Shown: piece by piece, positions 9,565-19,033 of the stretch
How the letters are laid out: each line of letters begins with the position of its first letter
How positions within the stretch are numbered: the first letter of the stretch is position 1
Virus record (IMG/VR): IMGVR_UViG_3300027772_000010
Coordinates: 1-64,000 of that record
Length of the DNA: 64,000 nt
Strand: one strand, 5' to 3'
Source of the DNA: a virus
Notes under the pieces: model-generated
Told to the model about the DNA's origin: nothing
What the model saw: only the letters and a program-made list of their open reading frames with translations
The model's database searches: none
Translations under genes and position numbers: made by a program

Positions 9565-10782
9565 TTAATTAAATATATGAGTAATTCTACTTATTTGCCC
9601 AAATTCTTTATGATGCAAAAATCCTTCAATTGCCTTAGGAACTCCTGTGTAACCATTTCTACTATGCCAGCTATCTGAAGCACTAGGACTTCTTAAACTT
9701 TCAATTGTAACCCCTATATGGTCTTTAGCAGTCTTATGGTGTACATGGTGAGTATAAATATATCTATGCTTACAAGTACTCCAATCTGTGCTTTCATGAG
9801 CCATTAATAATGGTAAGTCAGATTGTTTTGCACCATCACCATGTGTAGTTCCAATTAAATTGTTAAAATAACTATAATACTTTCTATGAGCTATTGAGCA
9901 ATCAAAAGTAATATTCTTACAATCTTTAAAATATGTTTTAATTACATCAGCTAAAAAGAACCCATTTGTATAATCATGATTTGATGGATTAAATACAAAG
10001 TGAACATTAGCTATAGGTAATAACATAGTTAATACATCTATATACAACTGCTTGGCTATCAAAAAATTATCATACCACATACCATCTGTATCTTGAGGAG
10101 TACCAGAAGTAGTCATTCTTTTTGGAGTATCAATATGTAAAATATCATTTCCTCCCACAAAAAGAATTTGATCTATATTAAATCCAGATGTTTTATCTAA
10201 AATTCCCTGGACTCCTTCTAAAACTCTTTTAACTGCTATTTGACTATTATAATCTTCTCCTGTCTCAAATGCTCTTGCAAGCTTACCCAGATGTATATCT
10301 GCAGGATCTATAACTAACAAGTGTCCTTCCTTAGAAGCAGTTCTTTTTATTTCAGGAAATACAGGAGAAAATTTTTGTAAATCAGAAACTAATTCATTAT
10401 AAAATTTATCTTCTTCTTGCTTTTTATATAAAGGATTAGTAAAAAACATAGATGCTGTATCATTTTTTAACCAGCCATGCTTTATGTCATTTACAGGAAC
10501 ACCTATGCTTAAACTTTCTTGGTAAATAGCATTTAATTCTTTAACTGTTTCTACCATTTCTAAAGGAACCCAAACATTAGTACCTTCAGTATTTTGTTTA
10601 GTATTTTTAACATTTCTTCCGTATGTACTTAATAAAAAATCAAGCTCTTCTGAAGTTAAGTTAAAACTATTATTGTTTAATTTTTTTAATAATCTTTTTT
10701 TATTGGGTCTTGCAATCTCTAAATAATTTTTATTATTACTTGTCCAATTTAAAAATTTAGTTACAACTTGTTGATTTACCAT
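9565..10782 (-). CDS. Calcineurin-like metallophosphoesterase
   Basis: Metal-binding motifs DIHLG, GNDILH, SNHD, HGD, HHVHH. Confidence 0.8.
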   Translation of the reverse strand: MVNQQVVTKFLNWTSNNKNYLEIARPNKKRLLKKLNNNSFNLTSEELDFLLSTYGRNVKNTKQNTEGTNVWVPLEMVETVKELNAIYQESLSIGVPVNDIKHGWLKNDTASMFFTNPLYKKQEEDKFYNELVSDLQKFSPVFPEIKRTASKEGHLLVIDPADIHLGKLARAFETGEDYNSQIAVKRVLEGVQGILDKTSGFNIDQILFVGGNDILHIDTPKRMTTSGTPQDTDGMWYDNFLIAKQLYIDVLTMLLPIANVHFVFNPSNHDYTNGFFLADVIKTYFKDCKNITFDCSIAHRKYYSYFNNLIGTTHGDGAKQSDLPLLMAHESTDWSTCKHRYIYTHHVHHKTAKDHIGVTIESLRSPSASDSWHSRNGYTGVPKAIEGFLHHKEFGQISRITHIFN

Positions 10783-10877
10783 GTTTTATGTGTTTTAATA
10801 TAAATAAAATATTAAAAATTAAACTAATTGTCAAAATTAAAAAATAATTTTAATATTATTCTAATTTTTATTAAGTA

Positions 10878-10885
10878 CAAAGATA
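10878..10885 (-). promoter_or_regulatory. Bacteroidota -7 element upstream of the phosphoesterase gene
   Basis: TATCTTTG in intergenic DNA. Confidence 0.6.
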
Positions 10886-10905
10886 CAATAATCTTTATAT
10901 TTTTT

Positions 10906-11367
10906 TTATTTTATTTTTAAACCAAATGAAATACCTATGCCAGGTTGAATGCCTTGTGGGGTAAGTGATAAAGTAGGTCCTGCAATTAAAGAAAATTTAT
11001 TTTTAGACTGTAAATATTGTATATGATTTTGTCTTACAGTATCTCTAACTAATAATGTTTTAATTAAAGTATCTGATTTAATTATTACATTATCACAATT
11101 TATAAGTGAATTTTTTAAAGCAATAACTAAACTATCACAAATAGAATCTTTGCCTGCAACATACTTTTTATCTATGCTATAAACAATTTCTTTAGATTTA
11201 ATATAATGGTTTTTTACTACTTCTCTATCTACTATTAAAGTATCTATTTTTTGAGAAAGACTATCTGCTAGTCTTTGAATTATAGCTTCATCTTGGGAAA
11301 GTTTATTATGTGAAAACCACATATATGTCCCAAACAAAGTAACAAGGATTATAAGTATATATTTCAT
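10906..11367 (-). CDS. Spanin-like lysis accessory protein
   Basis: N-terminal TM segment, coiled-coil middle, C-terminal beta-strand-like 'GIGISFGLKIK'; directly after the endolysin. Confidence 0.5.
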   Translation of the reverse strand: MKYILIILVTLFGTYMWFSHNKLSQDEAIIQRLADSLSQKIDTLIVDREVVKNHYIKSKEIVYSIDKKYVAGKDSICDSLVIALKNSLINCDNVIIKSDTLIKTLLVRDTVRQNHIQYLQSKNKFSLIAGPTLSLTPQGIQPGIGISFGLKIK

Positions 11368-11978
11368 TATTTAACGTATGTATAGTATTTAAATGTTTTT
11401 TCTTCTCTATCAACCAAACCATGGGTACCACCATTAATTCTTTTAGTAAGAGCTAATATAGTTTCTTTGGTTACACCTTTATCACATATATCCCAAAGTT
11501 TGTTTTTATCAAAAAAGAATTTAGCAGATTCAAAAGAAAGTTCTCCAGCTACTAAATCAGGGTTAGACATAATCTCAGGATTTTTTAAATAATCTGAAAA
11601 TGTTTGATAGTTTGATTTACCTGTTAATTGTAAAGCTCCCCTACCTCTAAATTTCCAACCATCTCCTGAAGCCTCATCACCATTCCCCATTCTTGAAGAA
11701 TAAACTTTGTTAGCAATTTTTTCAGGGTTTCTTGCATACTTAGGAGCAGTAGCACTTGTAAAATATTTTCCAAATATCTTAACTAATCCTTCTGCAGAAT
11801 AGTTTAAGTTTTCAGAAAAAGCTTTAAAGTTGCCAGACTCATGTGCTGTTTGTGCAAAAAAGTGTGCAGCTCTTTCTGGAGTAAACCCATAATATTCCAT
11901 GGCAGCTTTTAATGTTCCGGGGCCAAAAGCACCATCAGCTGTTACCCCAATTTTTTCTTGTAATTTACTCAGACTCAT
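11367..11978 (-). CDS. Endolysin, glycoside hydrolase family 19, with short N-terminal peptidoglycan-binding segment
   Basis: 'AHFFAQTAHESG', 'ENLNYS', 'FRGRGALQLTG', 'INGGTHGL', and 'LQEKIGVTADGAFGPGT'. The likely start is MSLSKLQ at 11978 rather than 12038. Confidence 0.9.
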   Translation of the reverse strand: MSLSKLQEKIGVTADGAFGPGTLKAAMEYYGFTPERAAHFFAQTAHESGNFKAFSENLNYSAEGLVKIFGKYFTSATAPKYARNPEKIANKVYSSRMGNGDEASGDGWKFRGRGALQLTGKSNYQTFSDYLKNPEIMSNPDLVAGELSFESAKFFFDKNKLWDICDKGVTKETILALTKRINGGTHGLVDREEKTFKYYTYVK

Positions 11979-12225
11979 TTTCTTTATTTTTATTAGTGTT
12001 AATAATATTTGTAATTTTTTCTGTTGCAGCAATTCCAAATGAACCTAATACTAATATTTCAAATGCTGTAAATATAAACTCATTTACAATAAGTTCTTTG
12101 CCTAAGTAGCCTGTTATAATATCTACTGTTGCAAATAAACACATCATGATAAAAGCTAAAAATCCTATTACAGATTTTTCATTAATGGAATTGTCATCAC
12201 AAAACATTTCTCTTAAAAATTTCAT
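11965..12225 (-). CDS. Small two-TM membrane protein, holin candidate
   Basis: 86 aa, two hydrophobic helices, charged C-tail, overlaps the endolysin start. Confidence 0.55.
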   Translation of the reverse strand: MKFLREMFCDDNSINEKSVIGFLAFIMMCLFATVDIITGYLGKELIVNEFIFTAFEILVLGSFGIAATEKITNIINTNKNKENESE

Positions 12226-12269
12226 AGTTTTATTTTTTAATTTTTTTACAATTTATATGGTTTTATGGG

Positions 12270-13667
12270 TTATGTAATAAAAACCCATCCTTCAGACTTA
12301 TTAATATATAAACCTTCTACTTCATCAATTTGATATATCATTAACCCTATAGCTGGCATAAATATTGATCTTTTTGCTTCTCCTGTCATTCTTGGGGGTA
12401 AAAATCCTTTTACTGTTGAATTTATATTTAATATAGAAGAAGGTTCTTCTACGTCAGTACCTATTAATACATTCCCATTAGTATTAACTTTAAAAAAAGT
12501 AGTATTAGTATCTAAATCTTTAATATTCCAACTTGCCTCTCCTTTTATATACCAATTAAAAGTAGCATTTATAGTTATAAATAAAGAATTTACCCAATCA
12601 ACTAAACCCTTTATTGTAGGGAAATAAGTTTCTGAAGTTTCATTACCAACTACTGTTGATGTTTTATTAGTTTCATTTTCAGGAGTAAATCCTAATACAT
12701 CTTGCTTTGAAGTTGCTAATCCGCTATACTGAGTATTTGTTGCATTATCTCCAGTGTTTGTTCCACTTGTATTACTTACAACTGTCAGTTGTGCATCCGT
12801 AATGTAACGTTTATTTAAAGTATCTGCTATATCTGCTGTTGTAGCATCTACCCCACTTGTTACAAGACCTTTTGCATCATATGTAATCTTTGTCTTAGTA
12901 GCTCCTACAATAGCAGTATTTTTTACAACCAATCCACTTAAATCTTGGTCTCCAGTATTACTACCACTTAAAGTTGTAATACCTAATATTGTTTTGATTC
13001 TTGAAATATCAAAATAAGAAACTATAGCACTCCAAACAGGAAATTTAGTAGTACTTGCACTATCTGTAGTAGAAGTGGATTTATTGGAGGAATCTTCTTT
13101 TAAGCCTATTGCAGTAGCTTGTAAAGTAGATATAGGTTTATTTGCATCATTTGTATTATCTACATTATTTAAACCTATTGCATTTTTATCTAAAGTTTGA
13201 AATGTTTTATCTCCTCTCCAATATTCAGAGGAAGTACCCCCTGTTATAGTAGGTTCTTTGGTTAATAGCCCAGTATTAACTGCATCCACAGTAGGATACT
13301 TTATAGAACTAGCTGTTAAATCATTTTGTTTATTTGCTAAATCTTCAGGAGTATATTCTAAAGCATTAGTTACATCTGAACTTAATAAGTATACATCTCC
13401 TTGTCTTTCATTAAAAGAATTTACTCCTGTAGATGTATTTATAACTTTATTAATCCATGTTTGAGAAACACTATCATAAGATAATACATCTCCTTCTTGT
13501 AAATTTTCAAAACTTAATCCTACTAAGTCATCTATATTTGGAGTAGATAAATTATAAAATCTATTATTTTGTCCATCCCAACCATAATATTTACCATCTG
13601 TTTTAAGATAATAAATATAAAAAGGGTATCCAATATCAGGAAGACTATTTAAAAAATAAACTTGCAT
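12270..13667 (-). CDS. Fibre-type structural protein
   Basis: Thr/Ser/Gly-rich repeats ('SNTGDQDLSGL', 'TNTGDN', 'KITYDAKGLVTSG'); C-terminal 'KGFLPPRMT...GLMIY' module. Confidence 0.6.
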   Translation of the reverse strand: MQVYFLNSLPDIGYPFYIYYLKTDGKYYGWDGQNNRFYNLSTPNIDDLVGLSFENLQEGDVLSYDSVSQTWINKVINTSTGVNSFNERQGDVYLLSSDVTNALEYTPEDLANKQNDLTASSIKYPTVDAVNTGLLTKEPTITGGTSSEYWRGDKTFQTLDKNAIGLNNVDNTNDANKPISTLQATAIGLKEDSSNKSTSTTDSASTTKFPVWSAIVSYFDISRIKTILGITTLSGSNTGDQDLSGLVVKNTAIVGATKTKITYDAKGLVTSGVDATTADIADTLNKRYITDAQLTVVSNTSGTNTGDNATNTQYSGLATSKQDVLGFTPENETNKTSTVVGNETSETYFPTIKGLVDWVNSLFITINATFNWYIKGEASWNIKDLDTNTTFFKVNTNGNVLIGTDVEEPSSILNINSTVKGFLPPRMTGEAKRSIFMPAIGLMIYQIDEVEGLYINKSEGWVFIT

Positions 13668-13676
13668 GTTTAAATT

Positions 13677-14126
13677 TTATTTTTTTATAGTTTTCTTTAT
13701 TTCTTGGCTTCTCATTAAAACTTCTTTTAAATTTGTCCAAATAGAAAATCCAAAAAGAGTTTTTATATTTTCATCTATACTCTTTGCTTCTACAAAACAT
13801 AAGGATAGCGTTATTAATTTAGTTAATAAATAATTATTTTGATAATGTAATTTTGTAAATTCATTTATTAAATTATAATCTATTATAAAAAATGTTAATA
13901 CAGTTAATTGATAAAGTAAAAATTTGCTAATAATTACACTTGCTTTTCTAGATGTAACAGATTCCCACCCTTCCAATTTAATTGCTTTAGTAACTCCTAA
14001 TATAGTATCCAAAAAAATCATGGCACCTACAGCTAATAACAATCCATATATAGGAGACACAAAGGCAATCAAAGAAATTAATAATGTTTTTAAATAGGTT
14101 ACTATATTAAATTCGGGTATTTTCAT
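13677..14126 (-). CDS. Holin-like membrane protein
   Basis: Three hydrophobic segments with 'DTILGV' and 'EAKSIDEN' motifs typical of phage holin-4-like proteins. Confidence 0.6.
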   Translation of the reverse strand: MKIPEFNIVTYLKTLLISLIAFVSPIYGLLLAVGAMIFLDTILGVTKAIKLEGWESVTSRKASVIISKFLLYQLTVLTFFIIDYNLINEFTKLHYQNNYLLTKLITLSLCFVEAKSIDENIKTLFGFSIWTNLKEVLMRSQEIKKTIKK

Positions 14127-14162
14127 TATTTTATAATTTTGCCTTTACTATTAAGGTGTTAT

Positions 14163-14378
14163 TTAGTTAAAATTTATTATTGGTGGTTTAGCAATATATT
14201 CAATAGTAGCTAAATCTTTTACCCACAATACATCTTCATATGTTGCATTTAAAACTTCTTCTTGGGATATAATCCAATTATTATTATTATCTTCAATAGG
14301 ATTAAAAAATGTATTATTAGAATAACACTTTCCTATCAATAATTCTTTTTCTTGTTCTGTTAATAAATATACTATCAT
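14163..14378 (-). CDS. Small hypothetical protein
   Basis: 71-aa ORF coupled (ATGA overlap) to the upstream gene. Confidence 0.6.
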   Translation of the reverse strand: MIVYLLTEQEKELLIGKCYSNNTFFNPIEDNNNNWIISQEEVLNATYEDVLWVKDLATIEYIAKPPIINFN

Positions 14379-15154
14379 ACGTTTCTGCTTAATGTAGTTT
14401 GAAATGTTTCTATAGCTGTTCTAAAATTGGCTTCCTCAGTGTCACTAAGTGCTTCTTGAATACTAGCAAAAGCTAAATTTGCTTCTGAATATTCTGCTGA
14501 TGCTTCATTATTTGATGCTAATAAATAATAATTAGCATTTAAATTACTTGCATCAACTCCTGGAACTGGTATATAAGCAATTCCTGGTCTGTAATATTTA
14601 AAATCAAGTAAAGAACTTTTGCTCATTGTAAAAAATCCAATTTGACTTCCTGCAACGTCTCTCCCAGACTGAATAAATCCTAAAGTGGAATAATCTTGTC
14701 CTAAAAATTCAGGATAAAATCTATTAGATGCCTGTCCAAAAGCATCAATCAATCCCATTGGAGACCCTACTGTTAATACATTTCTTATGTACATTGAAAT
14801 AGATTTGTTATCATTTGCTAAATGAACAATATCATTTAAGTATGTATCAGCAAATCCATTTACTCCATTGCTTGTCATTCCATTTGCATCATGAGTAATT
14901 CCACCACCAAATGTCAATCTAAATGCTTCATTTAAGTCTCTAGGATCTTTTAAATTCCACTTATGAGTATTATCAGTCCCTCCAACTATTGGATAAATAG
15001 CTTTCATTTTAGTCCATATATTGTCAACTTTCATTTGAACTACCAAAGTATTAATAGCTCCTGAAATAGTAGTGTCTGTTATACTCGCAGCAGTTAAAAA
15101 AGCTTGAGCATCTGGATCTAAAGAGGGTCCAAAAAAATAAGGATTAATTATCAT
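14375..15154 (-). CDS. Putative virion protein, beta-rich/lectin-like
   Basis: 259 aa; 'DPDAQAFLTAASITD...MKAIYPIVGG...FQTTLSRNV'; in the structural operon. Confidence 0.5.
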   Translation of the reverse strand: MIINPYFFGPSLDPDAQAFLTAASITDTTISGAINTLVVQMKVDNIWTKMKAIYPIVGGTDNTHKWNLKDPRDLNEAFRLTFGGGITHDANGMTSNGVNGFADTYLNDIVHLANDNKSISMYIRNVLTVGSPMGLIDAFGQASNRFYPEFLGQDYSTLGFIQSGRDVAGSQIGFFTMSKSSLLDFKYYRPGIAYIPVPGVDASNLNANYYLLASNNEASAEYSEANLAFASIQEALSDTEEANFRTAIETFQTTLSRNV

Positions 15155-16092
15155 CTAGTACCAATTAAAGTTATTTTTAAGCCTGTAGCAGAAAAATTAC
15201 CTACCTGGTCAATGTCTATTGTAATTTCAGCATCGTCAGTTAGTGAAGATGTTACAATTGTAGCAGGTATTGAAGCTGTAGTGCTTGTTTTTTGTCCATT
15301 ATCAATAGTTAATGTTGTACCTAATATTGAACTACCATTTTGGTTTATATCAACTGTAAAAGCAGCACCAGCACTCTGATCAGTTGTTAAACTTGCTCTT
15401 ACTTCAGTAAGTGTAAAAGCTGTTGGAAGTCTAAAAGTAACTTTTGATACCCCAGCGCTTAAAGGAGATAATTCATCACTTGCTGCAACCTGAATTTCAA
15501 TTGGAATAGACACTGTTTGTAAAACCCAAACAGCTGCTCCAATAGTTGCATCAGTACATTTATAAGTACTATTATCATCCAATGTCCATAATGAACCTAC
15601 ACCATATCCTTTTGTATTATCATCATTAACTGATGGAGGAGTAATAAGATTATATAATGATAATCTAATTCCAGTACCATTACCATTCATTACATAAAGC
15701 CTTCCTGCTTCCCACTTTAATTCATAACCAGCTGCGCAAATTTGAGCGACACCTTTAGTGCCTCCAAGTCCTGCATCTATAGTGCCCTCTCTTAGTCTTG
15801 AAGTGTTTGCAAAATACAATCCTTGTAATGTATCAAAATTTATATCATTAGCTCCAGATGCATTGCCTACTCCTAAAACACTTGATAAGTTTTGGCTACC
15901 ACCACCACCTGCAGTAATCCAATCTCCCTGTTGATTTAAAACTAAACCTGCATTGCCTCCACTAGAAATACCTAAACAATTTTTAATTAGGCAACATAGA
16001 TTTGCACAACTACTGTATAATATATTGTATAGTTTAGTACCTGCTATGTAACCAAACATGGTTAAAATATCTGCTCTACTTAATCTGTTCAT
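15151..16092 (-). CDS. Fibre/decoration protein; N-terminus paralogous to 16104-16796
   Basis: Shared 'FGYxAGxKLYNxLYSSCANxCCxxKxCLGIS...LNQQGDW' domain; beta-rich C-terminus. Confidence 0.55.
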   Translation of the reverse strand: MNRLSRADILTMFGYIAGTKLYNILYSSCANLCCLIKNCLGISSGGNAGLVLNQQGDWITAGGGGSQNLSSVLGVGNASGANDINFDTLQGLYFANTSRLREGTIDAGLGGTKGVAQICAAGYELKWEAGRLYVMNGNGTGIRLSLYNLITPPSVNDDNTKGYGVGSLWTLDDNSTYKCTDATIGAAVWVLQTVSIPIEIQVAASDELSPLSAGVSKVTFRLPTAFTLTEVRASLTTDQSAGAAFTVDINQNGSSILGTTLTIDNGQKTSTTASIPATIVTSSLTDDAEITIDIDQVGNFSATGLKITLIGTR

Positions 16093-16103
16093 TTATTTAT
16101 TTT

Positions 16104-16796
16104 TTAATATGTTTTATTTAATATAAATATATCACTATATATTGAGTTCCCTACATTATTACTTCCCCATTGCACAGTTACATTTAGGGTATTGCTTATT
16201 GTGGTGTTGAAGGTCGTATTATTGATTACATTAAATGCAAAGCCTTGAGTTGATGCATTAGAAGTTTTAATATAATGAAATGAGCCAAGTGAAACTATGG
16301 ATGCTACAGTTGCACCGCCTATTTGTCTAATCGTAAAATCAATGTTTAAACTCCAAACATCATTTATTATTGAGTTTGTTAAATTTTGCACCCCACTATC
16401 CAATAATACAACGCCATTTGATTTAGTTCTTATTCTTATGGTTTGATTGTTAGCTGCATTTATAATTCCTCCAAAAATACATCTAAAACTATCTCCAACT
16501 TGAAATCCATTTGCAGGAACTGTTAAAGTTCCGACACCTCCGTTAATTAAAGAACTTTCTACTGTTGTTCCTGTTATAGGAGTTGAATTTCCTGTTTGAG
16601 CAAATAACCCTTGAGTATTTGAGTGAGTTACCCAATCTCCTTGTTGGTTTAATAATAAATTAGGATTACCTGAATCACTAATTCCTAAGCAATCTTTAAC
16701 TATGCAACAAAAATTAGCACAGCTACTATATAATAAGTTATATAATTTTCTTCCTGCTTTATAACCAAAGAGGTCTATAATTTTTTGCTTAGTCAT
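16104..16796 (-). CDS. Fibre/decoration protein; N-terminus paralogous to 15151-16092
   Basis: Same ~55-aa Cys-containing N-terminus with a different beta-rich C-domain. Confidence 0.55.
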   Translation of the reverse strand: MTKQKIIDLFGYKAGRKLYNLLYSSCANFCCIVKDCLGISDSGNPNLLLNQQGDWVTHSNTQGLFAQTGNSTPITGTTVESSLINGGVGTLTVPANGFQVGDSFRCIFGGIINAANNQTIRIRTKSNGVVLLDSGVQNLTNSIINDVWSLNIDFTIRQIGGATVASIVSLGSFHYIKTSNASTQGFAFNVINNTTFNTTISNTLNVTVQWGSNNVGNSIYSDIFILNKTY

Positions 16797-16817
16797 TATA
16801 TAAAATATAATTTTTTA

Positions 16818-17321
16818 TTAAGCTAAACTTTCTATATAATGATTAAAGTTTGGAACTTCTATTTTTAAGAGAGGATAATTATTATCATCAAAATAATCTT
16901 TAATTTCAACCCAACTTTTTAATGATTCTATTGAGTCAGTAAATTGACCAAAAGATATTTCTCCATTATTATCAAATTTTACACTATAAGGCACTTGTTG
17001 AGTTTTGTAAAGATATTGTACATAATCTCCAGGCACATGATAAAAACTATATAATTGTAATATTGTTGAATTACCTGGGGCTTCTTCATCTAATTGATAT
17101 ATTACACTTTTAGTTATATAATCATTTAATGTAAACATATTTTGAGGAATACCAGTATAAGATTTAATAGTTTCTACTAAAACTGAATTATCTGTATTTA
17201 ATGGAGATACATTTTGTATTACTAAAACTGTTGAATTATCTTGCCCTGGAATAACTATTCCTTGGTTAGTTGTTTGATATTGAAAATTTATATTATTTGT
17301 ATATACTTTTATTTGTATCAT
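16818..17321 (-). CDS. Hypothetical protein
   Basis: 167-aa ORF in the co-directional operon. Confidence 0.6.
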   Translation of the reverse strand: MIQIKVYTNNINFQYQTTNQGIVIPGQDNSTVLVIQNVSPLNTDNSVLVETIKSYTGIPQNMFTLNDYITKSVIYQLDEEAPGNSTILQLYSFYHVPGDYVQYLYKTQQVPYSVKFDNNGEISFGQFTDSIESLKSWVEIKDYFDDNNYPLLKIEVPNFNHYIESLA

Positions 17322-17339
17322 TTTAATTATATTTTTTTA

Positions 17340-19004
17340 TTATAAAGTAGGAATTATTGTAAGTGGAGAAGACCATCCTGAAAAAATTACAAAGTTATCA
17401 TCGTAAGAAAATGGTTTATTTAATACTCCAGGATTAGTTTGTAAGGTTACACTAGAATCTTTTACAAAATTATTTGGTCTTCCTGTAGTAGGAAAGGCAG
17501 GATCTGCTACCCAACCATAACTTAATTGACCAACATACCCATTAACACCATACGCTACATCTACAAATACATTTCCAAAAAGAGAAATAATTCCATTTCT
17601 ACTTATACTAATAGGTCTGACAAAATTTTCAAAATAACATTCTGTAGCTACTATTTTACTATTACTACTTGCTCCCAAAGAGATATTACCCCCCCAGTTA
17701 ATTACATTTCCTGTTGTATCTGCTATATATAAATTATTTGGAATTGCAGTTAAGTTTGAATTTTTAACTCTTAAATTATTTACAACAATAGAAGAATTTG
17801 CGTCTGCATAAAAAACAGATAAATTATCAAGAGGTGAATAATCTACTGTATTTTCATATCCTGTAGGAACATATTCTCCAGTAAAATCATTATCTCCTGA
17901 TACATAAAGACTAGAATTATTTGCTGTTACAAAAGCTTCTCTATAAATATCATTAAATTCGATATTTCCAAAATAACTAGAAGATCCTAAATCATTTACA
18001 CAGATTGATGAAAAATTATTAAATTTACAATCATCTGCCCTTAAAGATGCAAAAGTAGAAACATAAAATGGAACTTTAATTTTAGTATTATCTAATGAGG
18101 TATTAAATTCTAAATTATATAATTGAAGTTCTGCTTTTTCATTTATAGAAATGTAATAATAATTATTACTTGTAGTTTGAGTTGGTAAAATTACAGTACA
18201 ATTATTCATAAAAACTTTTGAAAGATTACTAACTTGTAATCCTGATAAATTATCTACTGCAGAAGTTAATGTTAAGTTACGCATTGTAAATGCTGCTTGA
18301 TCTGTAACTATTATAGCAGATAAACCAGTATTTATTGTAACATTTGCTTTATTTCCTGTTTGACTTTGAAATATTAAATTATATTGAAATTTATTTGTAA
18401 TTAACAAATTGGTACTTAAAGTATATGTACCAGTTTGTAATGAAATAATAACTTCTTCTTTAGCAAAATGATATTTAGCTATTTCATCTAAAGCAGTTGG
18501 TAAAGTATTAAAAGGAGCAGGTTGAGAACTTCCTACTAATATTGTATTACTTACCTGCCATACAGGTTGTCTATCATTAATTAAATCTTCTAAATCAGTA
18601 TACCAACATTTAATATAATTCCATATATTATTTAAAGTTACAGTTAAAGAAGATCCTGTAGCAACAACTGTTGCAGTATCATCACAGTTTCTTAAATTTG
18701 GTCCTACATAATCTACTGTATCTGTATCTGGAGTTACAGCACATTTAACTGTATCCCATAATAGAGCTAAAAAAGTATTAAAATTAGTACCTCTAAAGAG
18801 ATAATCATCTCCATCACAATCTTGTAGATTATCTCCTGTATAAATTAAGCAATTTGTAGATTGTAATCCACAAGGACATTCTTCTGTAAATTGTTCAGTA
18901 GTACAAGTACAAGTAGTTGTACAATTACAAGTAGGAGTTACTTGAGTACAACTTTGACATTGTGAACAACTAGAACAGTTACAATTTGGATTATTATTAC
19001 ACAT
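17340..19004 (-). CDS. Tailspike-like protein: Cys-rich N-terminus and predicted parallel beta-helix
   Basis: N-terminal 'MCNNNPNCNCSSCSQCQSC...'; 'FNTLPTALDEI...ISLQTGTY' beta-helix cap followed by Asn/Ser-rich strand repeats. Confidence 0.6.
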   Translation of the reverse strand: MCNNNPNCNCSSCSQCQSCTQVTPTCNCTTTCTCTTEQFTEECPCGLQSTNCLIYTGDNLQDCDGDDYLFRGTNFNTFLALLWDTVKCAVTPDTDTVDYVGPNLRNCDDTATVVATGSSLTVTLNNIWNYIKCWYTDLEDLINDRQPVWQVSNTILVGSSQPAPFNTLPTALDEIAKYHFAKEEVIISLQTGTYTLSTNLLITNKFQYNLIFQSQTGNKANVTINTGLSAIIVTDQAAFTMRNLTLTSAVDNLSGLQVSNLSKVFMNNCTVILPTQTTSNNYYYISINEKAELQLYNLEFNTSLDNTKIKVPFYVSTFASLRADDCKFNNFSSICVNDLGSSSYFGNIEFNDIYREAFVTANNSSLYVSGDNDFTGEYVPTGYENTVDYSPLDNLSVFYADANSSIVVNNLRVKNSNLTAIPNNLYIADTTGNVINWGGNISLGASSNSKIVATECYFENFVRPISISRNGIISLFGNVFVDVAYGVNGYVGQLSYGWVADPAFPTTGRPNNFVKDSSVTLQTNPGVLNKPFSYDDNFVIFSGWSSPLTIIPTL

Positions 19005-19033
19005 ATTATATATTTTTTATTATTATTATTTAT

